From assembly GCA_963803435.1 (NCBI GenBank), contig CAWDML010000009.1:1504001-1568000 (forward strand): 64,000 nucleotides of DNA, in the 5' to 3' direction. This DNA is from an uncultured delta proteobacterium (lineage in GTDB: Bacteria > Myxococcota > Kuafuiibacteriia > Kuafuiibacteriales > Kuafuiibacteriaceae). Below the pieces are notes generated by a model. It had not been told where the DNA came from. It did not search any database and saw nothing but the letters and a program-made list of their open reading frames with translations. A program made the translations under genes and the position numbers. Positions 54,064 to 64,000 of the stretch are shown here, piece by piece (positions within the stretch are counted from its first letter, which is position 1; each line of letters starts with the position of its first letter).

Positions 54064-55340
54064 ATGTCCAGTACCACTCGAGATGACCAATGCCGACGAC
54101 TTCATAGGAGCGTTGGGACGGCGTAACGCGACCGTACCGCGCCGACGACGTGCTGCGGCTGCGCGGTGCGTCGAGATCGAGCACACCCTGGCGCGCTGGG
54201 CGCCAAGCGGCTCTGGCAGCTCCTCCAGAGCGAGCCCTACGTCAACGGCGCTCGGCGCGATGACCGGCAACCAGGCCATGCAGCAGGTGCGCGCGGGCTC
54301 AGGCGATCTACGTCAGCGGCTGGCAGGTCGCCGCCGACGCGAACATCGCCGGCCACGATGTATCCCGACCAGAGCCTGTACCCGCCGAACAGCGTCCCGA
54401 TGCTGGTCCGGCGGATCAACCACGCGCTGCAGCGCGCCGATCAGATCGAGCACTCCGAGGGCCAGTCGCAGCGCTACTGGTATCGCGCCGATCGTCGCCG
54501 ACGCCGAGGCCGGCTTCGGCGGACCGCTCAACGCGTTCGAGCTGATGAAGGCGATGATCGAGGCCGGCGCCGCCGGCGTGCACTTCGAGGATCAGCTCGT
54601 CGTCGGAGAAGAAGTGCGGTCACCTGGGCGGCAAGGTGCTGGTGCCGACGAGCCAGTTCGTGCGCACGCTGGTGGCGGCGCGCCTCGCCGCCGACGTGCT
54701 GCGAGGTCCCGACGATCCTCGTGGCGCGCACGGACGCGGACAGCGCGCGGCTCCTGACCTCCGACGTCGACGAGCGCGATCGGCCGTTCATCACCGGCGA
54801 GCGCACGCCCGAGGGCTTCTTCCGGATCCGCGGCGGGCATCGAGCAGGCGATCGCGCGCGCGCATCGCCTACGCCCCCTACGCCGACCTGCTGTGGTGCG
54901 AGACCTCGACGCCCGATCTGCGACGAGGCCAGGCAGTTCGCCGAGGGCGTGCGCGCGAAGTTCCCCGGCAAGATGCTCGCGTACAACTGCTCGCCGTCGT
55001 TCAACTGGAAGAAGAACCTCGACGACGCCACCATCGCGAAGTTCCAGCGCGAGCTCGGCGCGATGGGATACAAGTTCCAGTTCGTCACGCTGGCGGGCTT
55101 CCACGCGCTCAACTACGGCATGTTCGAGCTGGCGCGCGCGCTACCGCGACGCGCGGGATGTCGGCGTACTAGCGAGCTGCAGGAGGCGGAGTTCGCCGCC
55201 GAGGAGCACGGCTACACCGCGACCCGCCACCAGCGCGAGGTCGGCACCGGCTACTTCGACGAGGTGTCGAAGATCGTCTCGAGCCGGGCAGGCCTCGACC
55301 GCTGGCGCTGGACGACTCGACCGAGGCCGCGCAGTTCTAA
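54064..55340 (+). CDS. aceA: Isocitrate lyase (multiple frameshifts)
   Basis: [30 protein letters not shown] catalytic loop, [21 protein letters not shown]. Confidence 0.9.
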
Positions 55341-55383
55341 TCTCGCCTCTCCCTCGGGCGCCGTGCGATGATGTTCGGCGCGA

Positions 55384-55683
55384 ATGGACGTTCTCACCGA
55401 GATCCTGTTCCCGGCCGTCGACGAGGCCAAGGAGACCATCCCCTCGGCGGCAGCCCTCGAGCGCGCAGCCGACAGCCCGCTGTTCGGAGCGGGCGGTCTC
55501 GACTCGCTGGGGCTGGTCCGGTTCATCGTCATCGTCGAGGAGCGGATCCAGGACCTGACCGAGGTCGAGCTGACCCTCGCCAGCGACAAGGCGATGTCCC
55601 GGCGGACCAGCCCGTTCAAGACCCTCGGCACGCTCGCGGAGTACATCGCCGAGTGTCTGGCCGAGGAGGGGCTCGGTGGATAG
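55384..55683 (+). CDS. Acyl carrier protein
   Basis: Acidic 99-aa protein with the GGLDSLGLV phosphopantetheine motif. Confidence 0.88.
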   Translation: MDVLTEILFPAVDEAKETIPSAAALERAADSPLFGAGGLDSLGLVRFIVIVEERIQDLTEVELTLASDKAMSRRTSPFKTLGTLAEYIAECLAEEGLGG

Positions 55684-56377
55684 GCCGGTAACGCTGGTGA
55701 CCGGATCCCGGAAGGGCCTCGGTCGCTTCATCGCCGAGCACTATCTAGCCGCCGGGCACTTCGTGGTCGGCTGCTCGCGGGACGAGTCGGACCTTCGGGG
55801 CGAACGCTACCGCCACTTCACCGCCGACGTCTCCGACGAACGGGCGGTGAAGCCGATCTTCACGTACCTGAGGAAGGAGCTGGGCGGGCTCGACCATCTG
55901 ATCAACAACGCCGGCATCGCGTCGATGAACCACGCGCTGTTGACCCCGCTCGCCACCGTCGACGCGATCTTCGCCACCAACCTGAAGGGCACCTTCCTGT
56001 TCAGCCGCGAGGCCGCCCGCCTGATGCAGAAGAAGCAGAACGGCCGCATCGTGAACATGACCACGGTCGCGACGCCCCTCATGCTCGAGGGCGAGGCGAT
56101 CTATGCCGCCAGCAAGGCCGCGGTCCTGTCGCTGACCCAGGTGCTGGCGCGCGAGCTGGCGCCCTTCGGGATCACCGTCAACTCCGTGGGCCCCACGCCG
56201 GTGAAGACCGACATCATCCGCTCGGTGCCCCAGGAGAAGCTCGACGTGCTGCTGGCGCGCCAGGCAATCCCGCGCTTCGGAGAGCCCGAGGACGTGGTCA
56301 ACGTCATCGACTTCTTCCTCCGCCCCGAGAGTAACTTCGTCACCGCCCAGAACATCTATCTCGGAGGCGTGGCCTAG
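55676..56377 (+). CDS. 3-oxoacyl-ACP reductase-like SDR
   Basis: TGSRKGLG, NNAG, YAASK. Confidence 0.9.
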   Translation: MDRPVTLVTGSRKGLGRFIAEHYLAAGHFVVGCSRDESDLRGERYRHFTADVSDERAVKPIFTYLRKELGGLDHLINNAGIASMNHALLTPLATVDAIFATNLKGTFLFSREAARLMQKKQNGRIVNMTTVATPLMLEGEAIYAASKAAVLSLTQVLARELAPFGITVNSVGPTPVKTDIIRSVPQEKLDVLLARQAIPRFGEPEDVVNVIDFFLRPESNFVTAQNIYLGGVA

Positions 56378-57712
56378 TGGAGAGCTTCCTCTCGGCCCGG
56401 TTCGACGAGTACCGGGAGCGGACGGCGCTGGTGTGGCGCGATCGAGCCTACAGCTATGGCGCGCTCCGCCGCGAGCTCCTCGAGCAACGCGAGGCGCTCG
56501 GCGCTCGGATCCCGCCCAAGACGGTGGTGGCGCTGAGCGCCGACTACTCTCCGACCAGCCTCGCGCTCCTCTTCGCGCTCCTCGATCGAGGGTGCGTGGT
56601 CGCGCCGATCAGCGCCGGCTTCGCCAAGCAGAAGACCGAGCTCCTCCGCGTGGCCCAGGTGAAGACGGAGATCGCCGTCGACGAGGCGGAGCGGATCTCC
56701 GTTTCACGAGGTCGGGCACGCGCTCGATCACCCGCTGCTCCTCGGGCTCCTCGGCGCGGACGCCAGCGGTCTGGTGCTCTTCTCTTCGGGCTCGGCCGGC
56801 AAGATCAAGGCGGTGGTCCACCACGCTCCCCGACTGCTCGAGAAGTACCGGACGCCGCGCCGCACCCGCATCACCATCCCGTTCATGCTCTTCGATCACG
56901 TGGGCGGCATGCACACGCTGCTCGACATCCTCTGCTCGGGCGGGACCTTGGTGATCGCAGGCGACCGCAAGCCCGAGACGATCTGCGGCCTGATCGAGCG
57001 ACACCGGGTGGAGGTGCTGCCCGCGACGCCGACCTTCCTCAACCTCCTGCTCCTCAGCGACTACGGCGCCTACGACCTCAGCACGCTGGAGTTCATCGCG
57101 TACAGCGCCGAGCGGATGCCAGAGTCGACGCTCACCCGCCTGCGTGCCGCCTTTCCGGGCGTGCGTCTGGTGCAGAACTACGGGCTCTCAGAGGTCGGCA
57201 TCATGCGCGCCAAGTCGGAGGGATCGGACTCGCTCTTCATGAAGCTGGGCGGGGACGGCTTCGCCACCCGGGTTCGCGACGGTCTGCTCGAGATCAAGTC
57301 CGAGACCGCCATGCTCGGCTATCTCAACGAGGCCAGCCCCTTCACGGAGGACGGCTGGCTGAAGACGGGGGATCGGGTCGAGGTCAAGGGCGACTACGTG
57401 CACGTCCTCGGCCGCGCCTCCGACCTCATCATCATCGGCGGCGAGAAGGTCTATCCGGCGGAGGTCGAGGACTGGATCGCCCAGATGCCGGGGGTCGTCG
57501 ACGTCGCGGTGGGCTCGGAGGTCAACGCGATCACCGGCCAGATCGTCGCGGCGACCGTGCAGCTCATGACCGACGAGCGCCGCTCCGACTTCCGGGCGCG
57601 GATGAGCGCGTTCCTCTCCGACAAGCTGCCGCCCTTCAAGATTCCTCAGCGGATCACCGTCACCCAAGAGCCGCTCCATACGGCGCGATTCAAGAAGAAG
57701 CGGGTTCTATGA
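56377..57712 (+). CDS. AMP-dependent acyl ligase (frameshift at ~56715)
   Basis: LFSSGSAGKIK P-loop, YGLSE, WLKTGD, IIGGEKVYPAEVE. Confidence 0.85.
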
Positions 57713-58891
57713 GCACGTTTCGAAGGCCGATGTCGGCGAGCGAGAAGTACTTCGTCGCGCTCAACGAGCTCCGTCCGCCCTTCGTGATCCAGCTGGTGCT
57801 CGAGGGCGACGGCGATCCCTCACCCGAGTCGCTCGACGACGCGCTGGTGGCGGCCGCCGAGGTCAATCCGGGATCGTCGCTGATCATCGACGAGGCCCCC
57901 GACGCGCTCGGCTGGACGGTCGGTCCCGAGCCCACGCTCACGCTGATCGACGCGCCGGAGTTCGAGGCGGCGAGCGGCGAAGGCGCGCCCTTCTTCACGT
58001 GGCCGCTGGACGCCCGCAAGGGCCCAACCTGCGAGCTGGTCCGCGTCCGCGGCAAGGAAAAGACGTACCTGATCTTCCGCGCGCTGCACGCGGTGATGGA
58101 CGGGCAAGGGACCATCCTGTGGGTGAAGGACGTGATGCGGTGCCTCCGCGGCGAGCCCCCGATCGGCCATCCGAGCCCGCTCATCACCGACCGCCTGATC
58201 ACCGAGATGGGCCTCCCGCGCCGCCCCAACCTCAAAGAGGACGCGATCCACCCCTTCGGCACCGTGGATCCGAGCGCGATCCGGGCCTACCACTGGCGGC
58301 GCATCTCCTCCGAGCGCGCGCTCGACCCGCTGGCGTCAGGGCGGATCGCCGTCGGGCTCGCCGAGCTGGCCCGCCGGGGCGGCCGCGAGGGGGTCGTCCG
58401 GATCAACCTGCCCACTGATCTCCGCCATTACCGCCCCGAGGCGCGCGGCACCGGGAACCTCTTCACCGCCCTCTTCCTCGAGGTCCCACCCGGCGCCACG
58501 GCCGAGGCCATGGGACTCAAGATCGTGCAGCTCCTCTACAAGCGCGAGGGCCTGAAGACGGTGGGCATCGCCTTCACCGAGAAGACCGGCTCGCTCGACG
58601 CGTTTCGCGTGAAGGTCTTCTGGGACCTCCACCACATGCACGACCTCGGGCGCTACGCCTTCAGCGCCACGCTCTCGCATCTGGGCGTGCTGCCCAGCGC
58701 GGAGCTGTCGGGGCCCGGCTTCGAGGCCACCTCGGCCTTCTTCGCCCCGCTGGTCGGCGACTCGGGCTGCGTCGTCTCGCTCAACGGCTTCGACGATTGG
58801 ACCGAGGCGGCCGTCGGGCTCTCCGAGCGCTTCGGCTCCGGTCAGCAGCTCGACGATCTCGGCGGCGATCATCCGCCGGGCGATCGAGTAG
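57709..58891 (+). CDS. Stand-alone condensation-domain / CoA-dependent acyltransferase-like protein
   Basis: RPMSASEK start, ALHAVMDGQG (HxxxDG), PTDLRHY, GN. Probable frameshift near 58862 (ORF-track end is 58995). Confidence 0.7.
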
Positions 58892-59708
58892 CGAGCCGCC
58901 CGAGCACGTTCCCGCTGCGGCTCGACCAGAGCGCGGGCTGGTGCATGCTGAAGAAGATCACCCCGCGGGCGGCCTTGTCGAACCTCGACCAGTAGCGCGC
59001 GACGGCCTCCCGGCTGAGGAGGTTCGGCTCGAGCTCCGGCACCGCGACGAGCCCGAGGTCGGCGAGGACGTCGTCGAAGTCGCCCTCGAACCTCCACCGC
59101 ACCGGCGTACCGACGGCGCGGGTCTGCTCGAGGAGCTTCGGATGATTGATGCGGCCGACCATGTCCGTGAGGACGAGCGAGCCGGCGAAGCGGCGGCCGA
59201 GCGCGTCGATCAGCGCGTCGACCTCCTCGCGGGGGAGGTAGTAGAGCAACCCTTCGGCGATGAAGAGGTGGCGGTGCGGCTCGCCGTGGAGCCGATCGAT
59301 CCAGGCGTGGTCGAGCACCGAGCTCGCGATCTGCGTGTGGCGAGCACCGCCCACACCCCAGCGCGTGCGCAGCGCGATCACTTCGGGGAGATCGACGTCG
59401 AACCAGTGGGCGAGCCGGAGATCGGAGAGCCGGGCGCTCCGAGTCGAGAGGCCGCAGCCCAGCTCGATGATCCGATCGACGCCGAGGGTCTCGACCGCGC
59501 GGCGCGCGATGCGATTGATGTCGTCGGCCCGCCGCGCCAGGCCCGACTGGGTATCGGGGCGGTACCAGAGGTCGAGCTCGACCGGCCACTCGACGCGCGT
59601 CCACCACTCGGCGGCCGTCGGATCCTCGAAGATGCGATCGGGCCGGTGGTGCTCCTCGGCCCGGGCTCTCAACGTCAGGATCGCGGTCTTCGAGACGCCG
59701 GAGAGCAT
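58869..59708 (-). CDS. Class I SAM-dependent methyltransferase (LCM/TcmP-like)
   Basis: TLRARAEE, ELGCGLSTR, DVDLPEVI, AEGLLYYL. Confidence 0.88.
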   Translation of the reverse strand: MLSGVSKTAILTLRARAEEHHRPDRIFEDPTAAEWWTRVEWPVELDLWYRPDTQSGLARRADDINRIARRAVETLGVDRIIELGCGLSTRSARLSDLRLAHWFDVDLPEVIALRTRWGVGGARHTQIASSVLDHAWIDRLHGEPHRHLFIAEGLLYYLPREEVDALIDALGRRFAGSLVLTDMVGRINHPKLLEQTRAVGTPVRWRFEGDFDDVLADLGLVAVPELEPNLLSREAVARYWSRFDKAARGVIFFSMHQPALWSSRSGNVLGRLATRSPGG

Positions 59709-59712
59709 CGCC

Positions 59713-60216
59713 TCATTTGGATCCCTTCTTCTTCCGTGCCCACGGCGGCGGTCGCGTCGGCTCGAGGAGCGTGGAGAGCGGGATCGTGCCCTCGGGCGGC
59801 GGCTCGTCGATCTTCACCGCGAGCCTCTCCTCGAGCACTCCGGTCATCCTCTGGAACGCGGACTGGACCTCGGAACCCTCGTTCTCGAGGGCCTCGGCCA
59901 CGCGGCGCCAGAAGGGCTCGAAACGCTGGGCGTACTCGCGCAGGAGGAGCAGGACCTTCTTGGCGTTGACCTCGTCCTTTCGATGCTCGTCGAGGAGGAT
60001 CATGAAGCGGGTCATGCCCTCGACGGCTTCGGCGAGCTTGATGACATCGCCCGCATACGTGTCGAGGGCCGCACGAAGCGCCTGAACGGCTTCGTCCGGC
60101 AGATCGAACTCGTGGCGCTCGTAGATGACATAGGCCTCCTTGGCGATCGGGTGCAGCGTCGTCGGCGGACGCCACGCCTGGACGGCCTGAAGGAGGGCTC
60201 GGTCCTCGTCCGACAT
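59713..60216 (-). CDS. Hypothetical helical protein
   Basis: 167-aa ORF with normal codon usage, co-oriented with its neighbours. Confidence 0.65.
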   Translation of the reverse strand: MSDEDRALLQAVQAWRPPTTLHPIAKEAYVIYERHEFDLPDEAVQALRAALDTYAGDVIKLAEAVEGMTRFMILLDEHRKDEVNAKKVLLLLREYAQRFEPFWRRVAEALENEGSEVQSAFQRMTGVLEERLAVKIDEPPPEGTIPLSTLLEPTRPPPWARKKKGSK

Positions 60217-60230
60217 CAGTTACGGATAGC

Positions 60231-60431
60231 TTAACCGGAAGACATGACCGCCGAAATGATCGGTCCGAGCACCTGGCTCAGACCCTGAAGGAGCTGCTGG
60301 AGCATTTGGAGGCCCATCATCTCCATCTGATGGAAGGCCTCGTCCATACCCTGGTTGCGCGACGCGGCCCGGCCCTTGGCCAGGTCGATGTCGATCATCC
60401 GGGATTGCGCCAGGTCGTTATTGACAGACAT
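60231..60431 (-). CDS. Small Gln/Met-rich protein (66 aa)
   Basis: AAGGAG RBS upstream of ATG 60431; MSVNNDLAQ...QMLQQLLQGLSQVLGPIISAVMSSG. Confidence 0.6.
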   Translation of the reverse strand: MSVNNDLAQSRMIDIDLAKGRAASRNQGMDEAFHQMEMMGLQMLQQLLQGLSQVLGPIISAVMSSG

Positions 60432-60563
60432 CCTCGTCTCCTTGCGGCGGCGCTCGTGGCCGCCAGAGAGTCTTCGGCAGTGAGGACAAAAGGTTGCTTG
60501 AAAAAAACAATGATTCCGGTAGGATATGTGAGTCTTACGGCTCACCTGTAAGACATTGTAGTC

Positions 60564-61322
60564 ATGAGTTCACAACGCTTCAGCCTCAAAGGAAAAACGG
60601 CCCTCGTCACCGGTGCCAGCCGCGGGATCGGCGCGGCCATCGCGGAGGGCCTCTTGGAACATGGTTCCCAGGTGGTCCTGGCGTCCCGAAAGATCGAGCC
60701 GCGCGACGAGGAGAACGCCCTCGCCGTGCCCTGCCACACGGGCGACCCGGCGCAGGTCGAGGCGCTGGTGGCCCGCACGATCGAGCGCTTCGGGAAGGTG
60801 GACATCCTCGTCAACAACGCCGCCACCAACCCCTATTTCGGCCCGATGCTGGGGGCGGAGTGGGCCGCCTGGGACAAGACCTTCGACGTCAACGTGAAGG
60901 GTTACTTCAGCGCGGCACGCCTGGTGGCGCAGCACCTGATCGAACGCGGCGCGCCCGGATCGATCATCAACATGGCCAGCATCATCGGGACCACGGCTGG
61001 GCCGCTCCAGGGCGTCTACGCGATGACCAAGGCCGCGGTGATCTCGATGACCCGGACGCTCGCCGTCGAGCTCGGCCATGCGAGGATCCGCGTGAACGCG
61101 ATCGCGCCCGGCTTCATCGAGACCCGCTTCGCGGCGGCGCTCGTGGGCAGCGAGCCGATCCACGATGCCATCGTGAAACACACGCCCCTGGGACGGATCG
61201 GACAGCCCGAGGATCTGGTGGGGCTCGCCGTCTACCTCGCGGGCGACGCCTCCGCGTTCGTCACCGGGGCGACGTTCCTGATCGACGGCGGGCTGGACCA
61301 GGGCGGCCTCGCGATCGGGTAG
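60564..61322 (+). CDS. SDR oxidoreductase (DHRS4-like)
   Basis: TGASRGIG, NNAATNPYFGP, YAMTK. Confidence 0.92.
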   Translation: MSSQRFSLKGKTALVTGASRGIGAAIAEGLLEHGSQVVLASRKIEPRDEENALAVPCHTGDPAQVEALVARTIERFGKVDILVNNAATNPYFGPMLGAEWAAWDKTFDVNVKGYFSAARLVAQHLIERGAPGSIINMASIIGTTAGPLQGVYAMTKAAVISMTRTLAVELGHARIRVNAIAPGFIETRFAAALVGSEPIHDAIVKHTPLGRIGQPEDLVGLAVYLAGDASAFVTGATFLIDGGLDQGGLAIG

Positions 61323-61325
61323 CGA

Positions 61326-63146
61326 TCAGAGGAGCTTCTGCAGGCGCTGGATCTGGGTGGCGCTGCGCATCTTCTTCGGTCGCAGCTTGAAGCCCCGCTT
61401 GGAGCGCTCGCCGAGCGTCACTTGAAGCTCGAGCAGCTCGCCGCGGCGGGCCACCAACACCTTCACCTCGTCCTTCGGATGATAGCGGGTGAGCTGCTGC
61501 TCGAGGTCTTCGACGCGGAAGCCGCCGATTCCGACGAGCTCGTCACCGGCGTTGATTCCGGCATCGTACGCGGGCGAGGCGTCGGTCACCTCGGTGACAA
61601 TCAGGCGGTTGTTCTGTCGCTCGCTCTTGACCCCGAGGAGCGGCTTCTTCAGATCGCCCGCGGAAGGAGGCTCGACCTCGAGCCCGTACCAGTCGAAGGC
61701 GGGCTGATAGGAGAGCTCGCCGGTGGTCTCGACCATCCGCACCAGCTGGTCGCGGACCCGCTTGCCCGCGACCGCCTCGACCACGCCGTAGAGCTCTCCG
61801 GTGGTGTAGCCGCGGGCGCCGGAGTAGCGGCGATAAGCCTCGCGCATGACGTCGTCGAGGCTCCGGGCGTCGTTCGTCTCCCGACGGATGGCGGCGTCGA
61901 GCAGGAAGCCCACCACCGAGCCCTTGTCGTAGTAGCTGATCGACGTGTTGTTCGTGTTCTCATCCCAGCGATAGAACTCGATCCAGGCGTTGTACGAGGC
62001 GTCGGCGAGGGAGTCGTGCTGGCGGCCCGGCGCCGTCTCGACCGCCTCAATCTGCTTGGAGAGCACCTCGAGGTACTTGGCCTCGTCGATGAGACCGGCG
62101 CGGGCGAGCAGGAGGTCCTCGAAGTACGAGGTCAGGCCTTCGACGACCCAGAGATCGGTCGTGTAGACCTCCGCCTCGTAGTCGAACGGACCGAGCGCAG
62201 CCGGGCGCAGCCGCTTGCCGTTCCAGGCGTGGAAGTGCTCGTGGCTGACCGTTCTCAGCCAGGAGCGGTAGCGATCCTCGTCGCGCGTGGCCCAGCGCGA
62301 GGACATGATGACGGTGCCGTTGTGGTGCTCGAGGCCGCCGCCCGACTCGTTGAGGATGTTGTAGAAGACGTAGCGCGGGTACGGGATCGAGCCCCAGAAG
62401 GCCGCCGCGGTCTTCACCACCTTCTCGACGTCCTTGGCGGCCCGGGCCCCGTCGAAGACACCGTCCTCGCCCGCGTCGACCAGCAGGTGCTCGACGCCGC
62501 CCACCTCGAAGCGATGGACGGCCGGGTTGCCGGCCAGGATCGGAGAGTCGACCAGGACGTCGTAGCTCTCCGCGAGGAATGCGTGCGGCGCCTTCGGATC
62601 GGACGGCATGCAGCTGAGCGCAGTCCCCCAGCCCTCCGGCAGCGCGAGCTCGACGCGATAGACCCAATCGAGGTGCTCGGCGTCGGCGAAGAACGACGGC
62701 GCGCCGTTGAGCAGCGCGAGGTCGCGATCGACGAAGTTGTCGCGCACATTGCCCTGGCGGGCGTAGAGCCGGTAGCGGACCTCGACCGCGGGCGAGCCGT
62801 CGAGCGTGATGCGCCAGCGGTTCTTCCGCACCTTCGCCACCTGGAGCGCGCCCTTTTCGGAGCGGGCCGTCAGGTCGTGGACGTGGCGCGAGAACTCACG
62901 GACGAGATAGGAGCCCGGCGTCCAGACCGGCATGGTGAGCGTCAGCTGGTCCCGGCCGTCCGCCGGGAAGACGCCCCGGACGTCGACGTAGTGCATGCGG
63001 TGCTGCGGGAACGAGACCCGGTACGTGATCGCGCCGGTCGAGGTGGGCACGGCGAGCTGGACCGCCGGGGCTTCGGGGCGCTGCTCTTCGGGCTCTCGGG
63101 GACAGCCGCTGAGGAGGAGGGCCAGCGGCAGCAGTCGTCGGATCAT
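61326..63146 (-). CDS. M61 glycyl aminopeptidase with C-terminal PDZ; lipoprotein
   Basis: Lipobox LSGC; WTPGSY, GGLEH, HEHFHAWN, EGLTSY, SYYDKG, PDZ-like SPAYDAGI. Confidence 0.92.
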   Translation of the reverse strand: MIRRLLPLALLLSGCPREPEEQRPEAPAVQLAVPTSTGAITYRVSFPQHRMHYVDVRGVFPADGRDQLTLTMPVWTPGSYLVREFSRHVHDLTARSEKGALQVAKVRKNRWRITLDGSPAVEVRYRLYARQGNVRDNFVDRDLALLNGAPSFFADAEHLDWVYRVELALPEGWGTALSCMPSDPKAPHAFLAESYDVLVDSPILAGNPAVHRFEVGGVEHLLVDAGEDGVFDGARAAKDVEKVVKTAAAFWGSIPYPRYVFYNILNESGGGLEHHNGTVIMSSRWATRDEDRYRSWLRTVSHEHFHAWNGKRLRPAALGPFDYEAEVYTTDLWVVEGLTSYFEDLLLARAGLIDEAKYLEVLSKQIEAVETAPGRQHDSLADASYNAWIEFYRWDENTNNTSISYYDKGSVVGFLLDAAIRRETNDARSLDDVMREAYRRYSGARGYTTGELYGVVEAVAGKRVRDQLVRMVETTGELSYQPAFDWYGLEVEPPSAGDLKKPLLGVKSERQNNRLIVTEVTDASPAYDAGINAGDELVGIGGFRVEDLEQQLTRYHPKDEVKVLVARRGELLELQVTLGERSKRGFKLRPKKMRSATQIQRLQKLL

Positions 63147-63784
63147 CGTCGCACCCCCAGCGCCGACTCGATGCGCTCGAACAGATCGATGCGGTGGACC
63201 AGGTCCGCGAGATAGTCGAGGTGATCGGTCTCGATCACGAGCGTCTCCGAGAGATCGTAGCGCGCGAACCACTGCTCGTAGAGCTCCTGGAGCCGGACCA
63301 GGTAGCTCCTGGGGATGCTCTGCTCTTCGGGCCGGCCGCGGAGCTCGATCCGCTTGCGGATGGTCCCGATCTGACAGCGCAGATAGATCATCAGGTTGGG
63401 CGGGCGCAGCTCGCGGATGATCGACTCGTAGAGCGCCCGGTAGGTCGCGTAGTCGCGCTGCGACATCTTCTTCTGGCGGAAGAGGTTCTCGGCGAAGATC
63501 TCCGCGTCCTCGTAGATGGTCCGATCCTGGATCACCGCGTGGTCGACGCCCGAGAGCTGCTGGTGAATGCGAAACTTGGTGGCGAGGAAGTAGAGCTGCG
63601 AGTGAAACGACCAGCGCTTCATGTCGGCGTAGAAGTCCTCGAGATACGGGTTGGTCTCGTTGGGCTCGTAGTAGGGTTGGACGTCGTACTGCCGGCTGAG
63701 AAAGTCGACCAGAGTCGACTTGCCGGCGCCGATGTTGCCGGCCACGGCGATGAATCGCGTGGGGCCGATGCTTCTTCGCATCAT
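63143..63784 (-). CDS. Deoxynucleoside kinase
   Basis: AGNIGAGKST, EP, DRTIYED, RGRPEE. Confidence 0.92.
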   Translation of the reverse strand: MMRRSIGPTRFIAVAGNIGAGKSTLVDFLSRQYDVQPYYEPNETNPYLEDFYADMKRWSFHSQLYFLATKFRIHQQLSGVDHAVIQDRTIYEDAEIFAENLFRQKKMSQRDYATYRALYESIIRELRPPNLMIYLRCQIGTIRKRIELRGRPEEQSIPRSYLVRLQELYEQWFARYDLSETLVIETDHLDYLADLVHRIDLFERIESALGVRR

Positions 63785-63843
63785 CGGATCCAGGAGGCGG
63801 TATCGCTTCCCCGCCGGACGGTCAAAGGCTAAGAGGAGACGAG

Positions 63844-64000
63844 GTGATCCGCCTCCTCGCCTGCACGACGAACGGCGCTCGGCTGCACGCGGCGACGGAG
63901 TGGCTCGTCGAGCAGTCCGCCACCGGCGAGGTCGTGGTGCTCGCGCCGACGCAGCGCGCCGCGGACGACTTCGTGCGGTCGGCCTGCCCCGCGGGCGGAG
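63844..64000 (+). CDS. 5' end of a CDS, possibly AddB-like
   Basis: GAGGAG RBS, GTG start, VIRLLAC...EVVVLAPTQRAADDFVR; runs off the window. Confidence 0.4.
   Translation, partial: MIRLLACTTNGARLHAATEWLVEQSATGEVVVLAPTQRAADDFVRSACPAGG

Noticed and set aside
56377-58995. 872-aa NRPS-like ligase-condensation fusion in the ORF track
   Set aside because: An artefact of the frameshift at ~56715. The ligase ends at 57712 and the condensation-like gene has its own overlapping ATG at 57709.

Overview
GC-rich (codon-position-3 G/C biased) bacterial DNA, very likely Myxococcota or a related deltaproteobacterium: it carries MYXO-CTERM proteins, a Hanks kinase, a TIGR02266-type PilZ protein and multiheme cytochromes. 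Many genes have single-base frameshifts that look like long-read consensus errors, worst across aceB/aceA. Housekeeping content: mutL (partial), lpxH-like, coaE, tkt, ndh, topB, ramB-aceB-aceA, Xaa-Pro and M61 peptidases, deoxynucleoside kinase. Accessory content: a porin plus 13-heme cytochrome pair near a ResB/tetraheme cytochrome pair, four exported sulfatase/phosphoesterase-like enzymes, a small ACP-SDR-AMP ligase-condensation-like cluster, and a CTAG-flanked IS1182-derived element carrying a four-helix-bundle gene. The standout is a ~9.3 kb gene (9484-18746) that appears to be a surface-protein POLYPROTEIN. Three complete adhesin-like units (head, CARDB-like repeats, Ig-like repeats, MYXO-CTERM) are joined in one frame. 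At each internal junction the poly-Arg tail of a MYXO-CTERM anchor runs directly into a new signal peptide ending A-x-A|Q. The next gene encodes one such unit as an ordinary stand-alone protein. All family calls come from motif recognition by eye, not from database searches.
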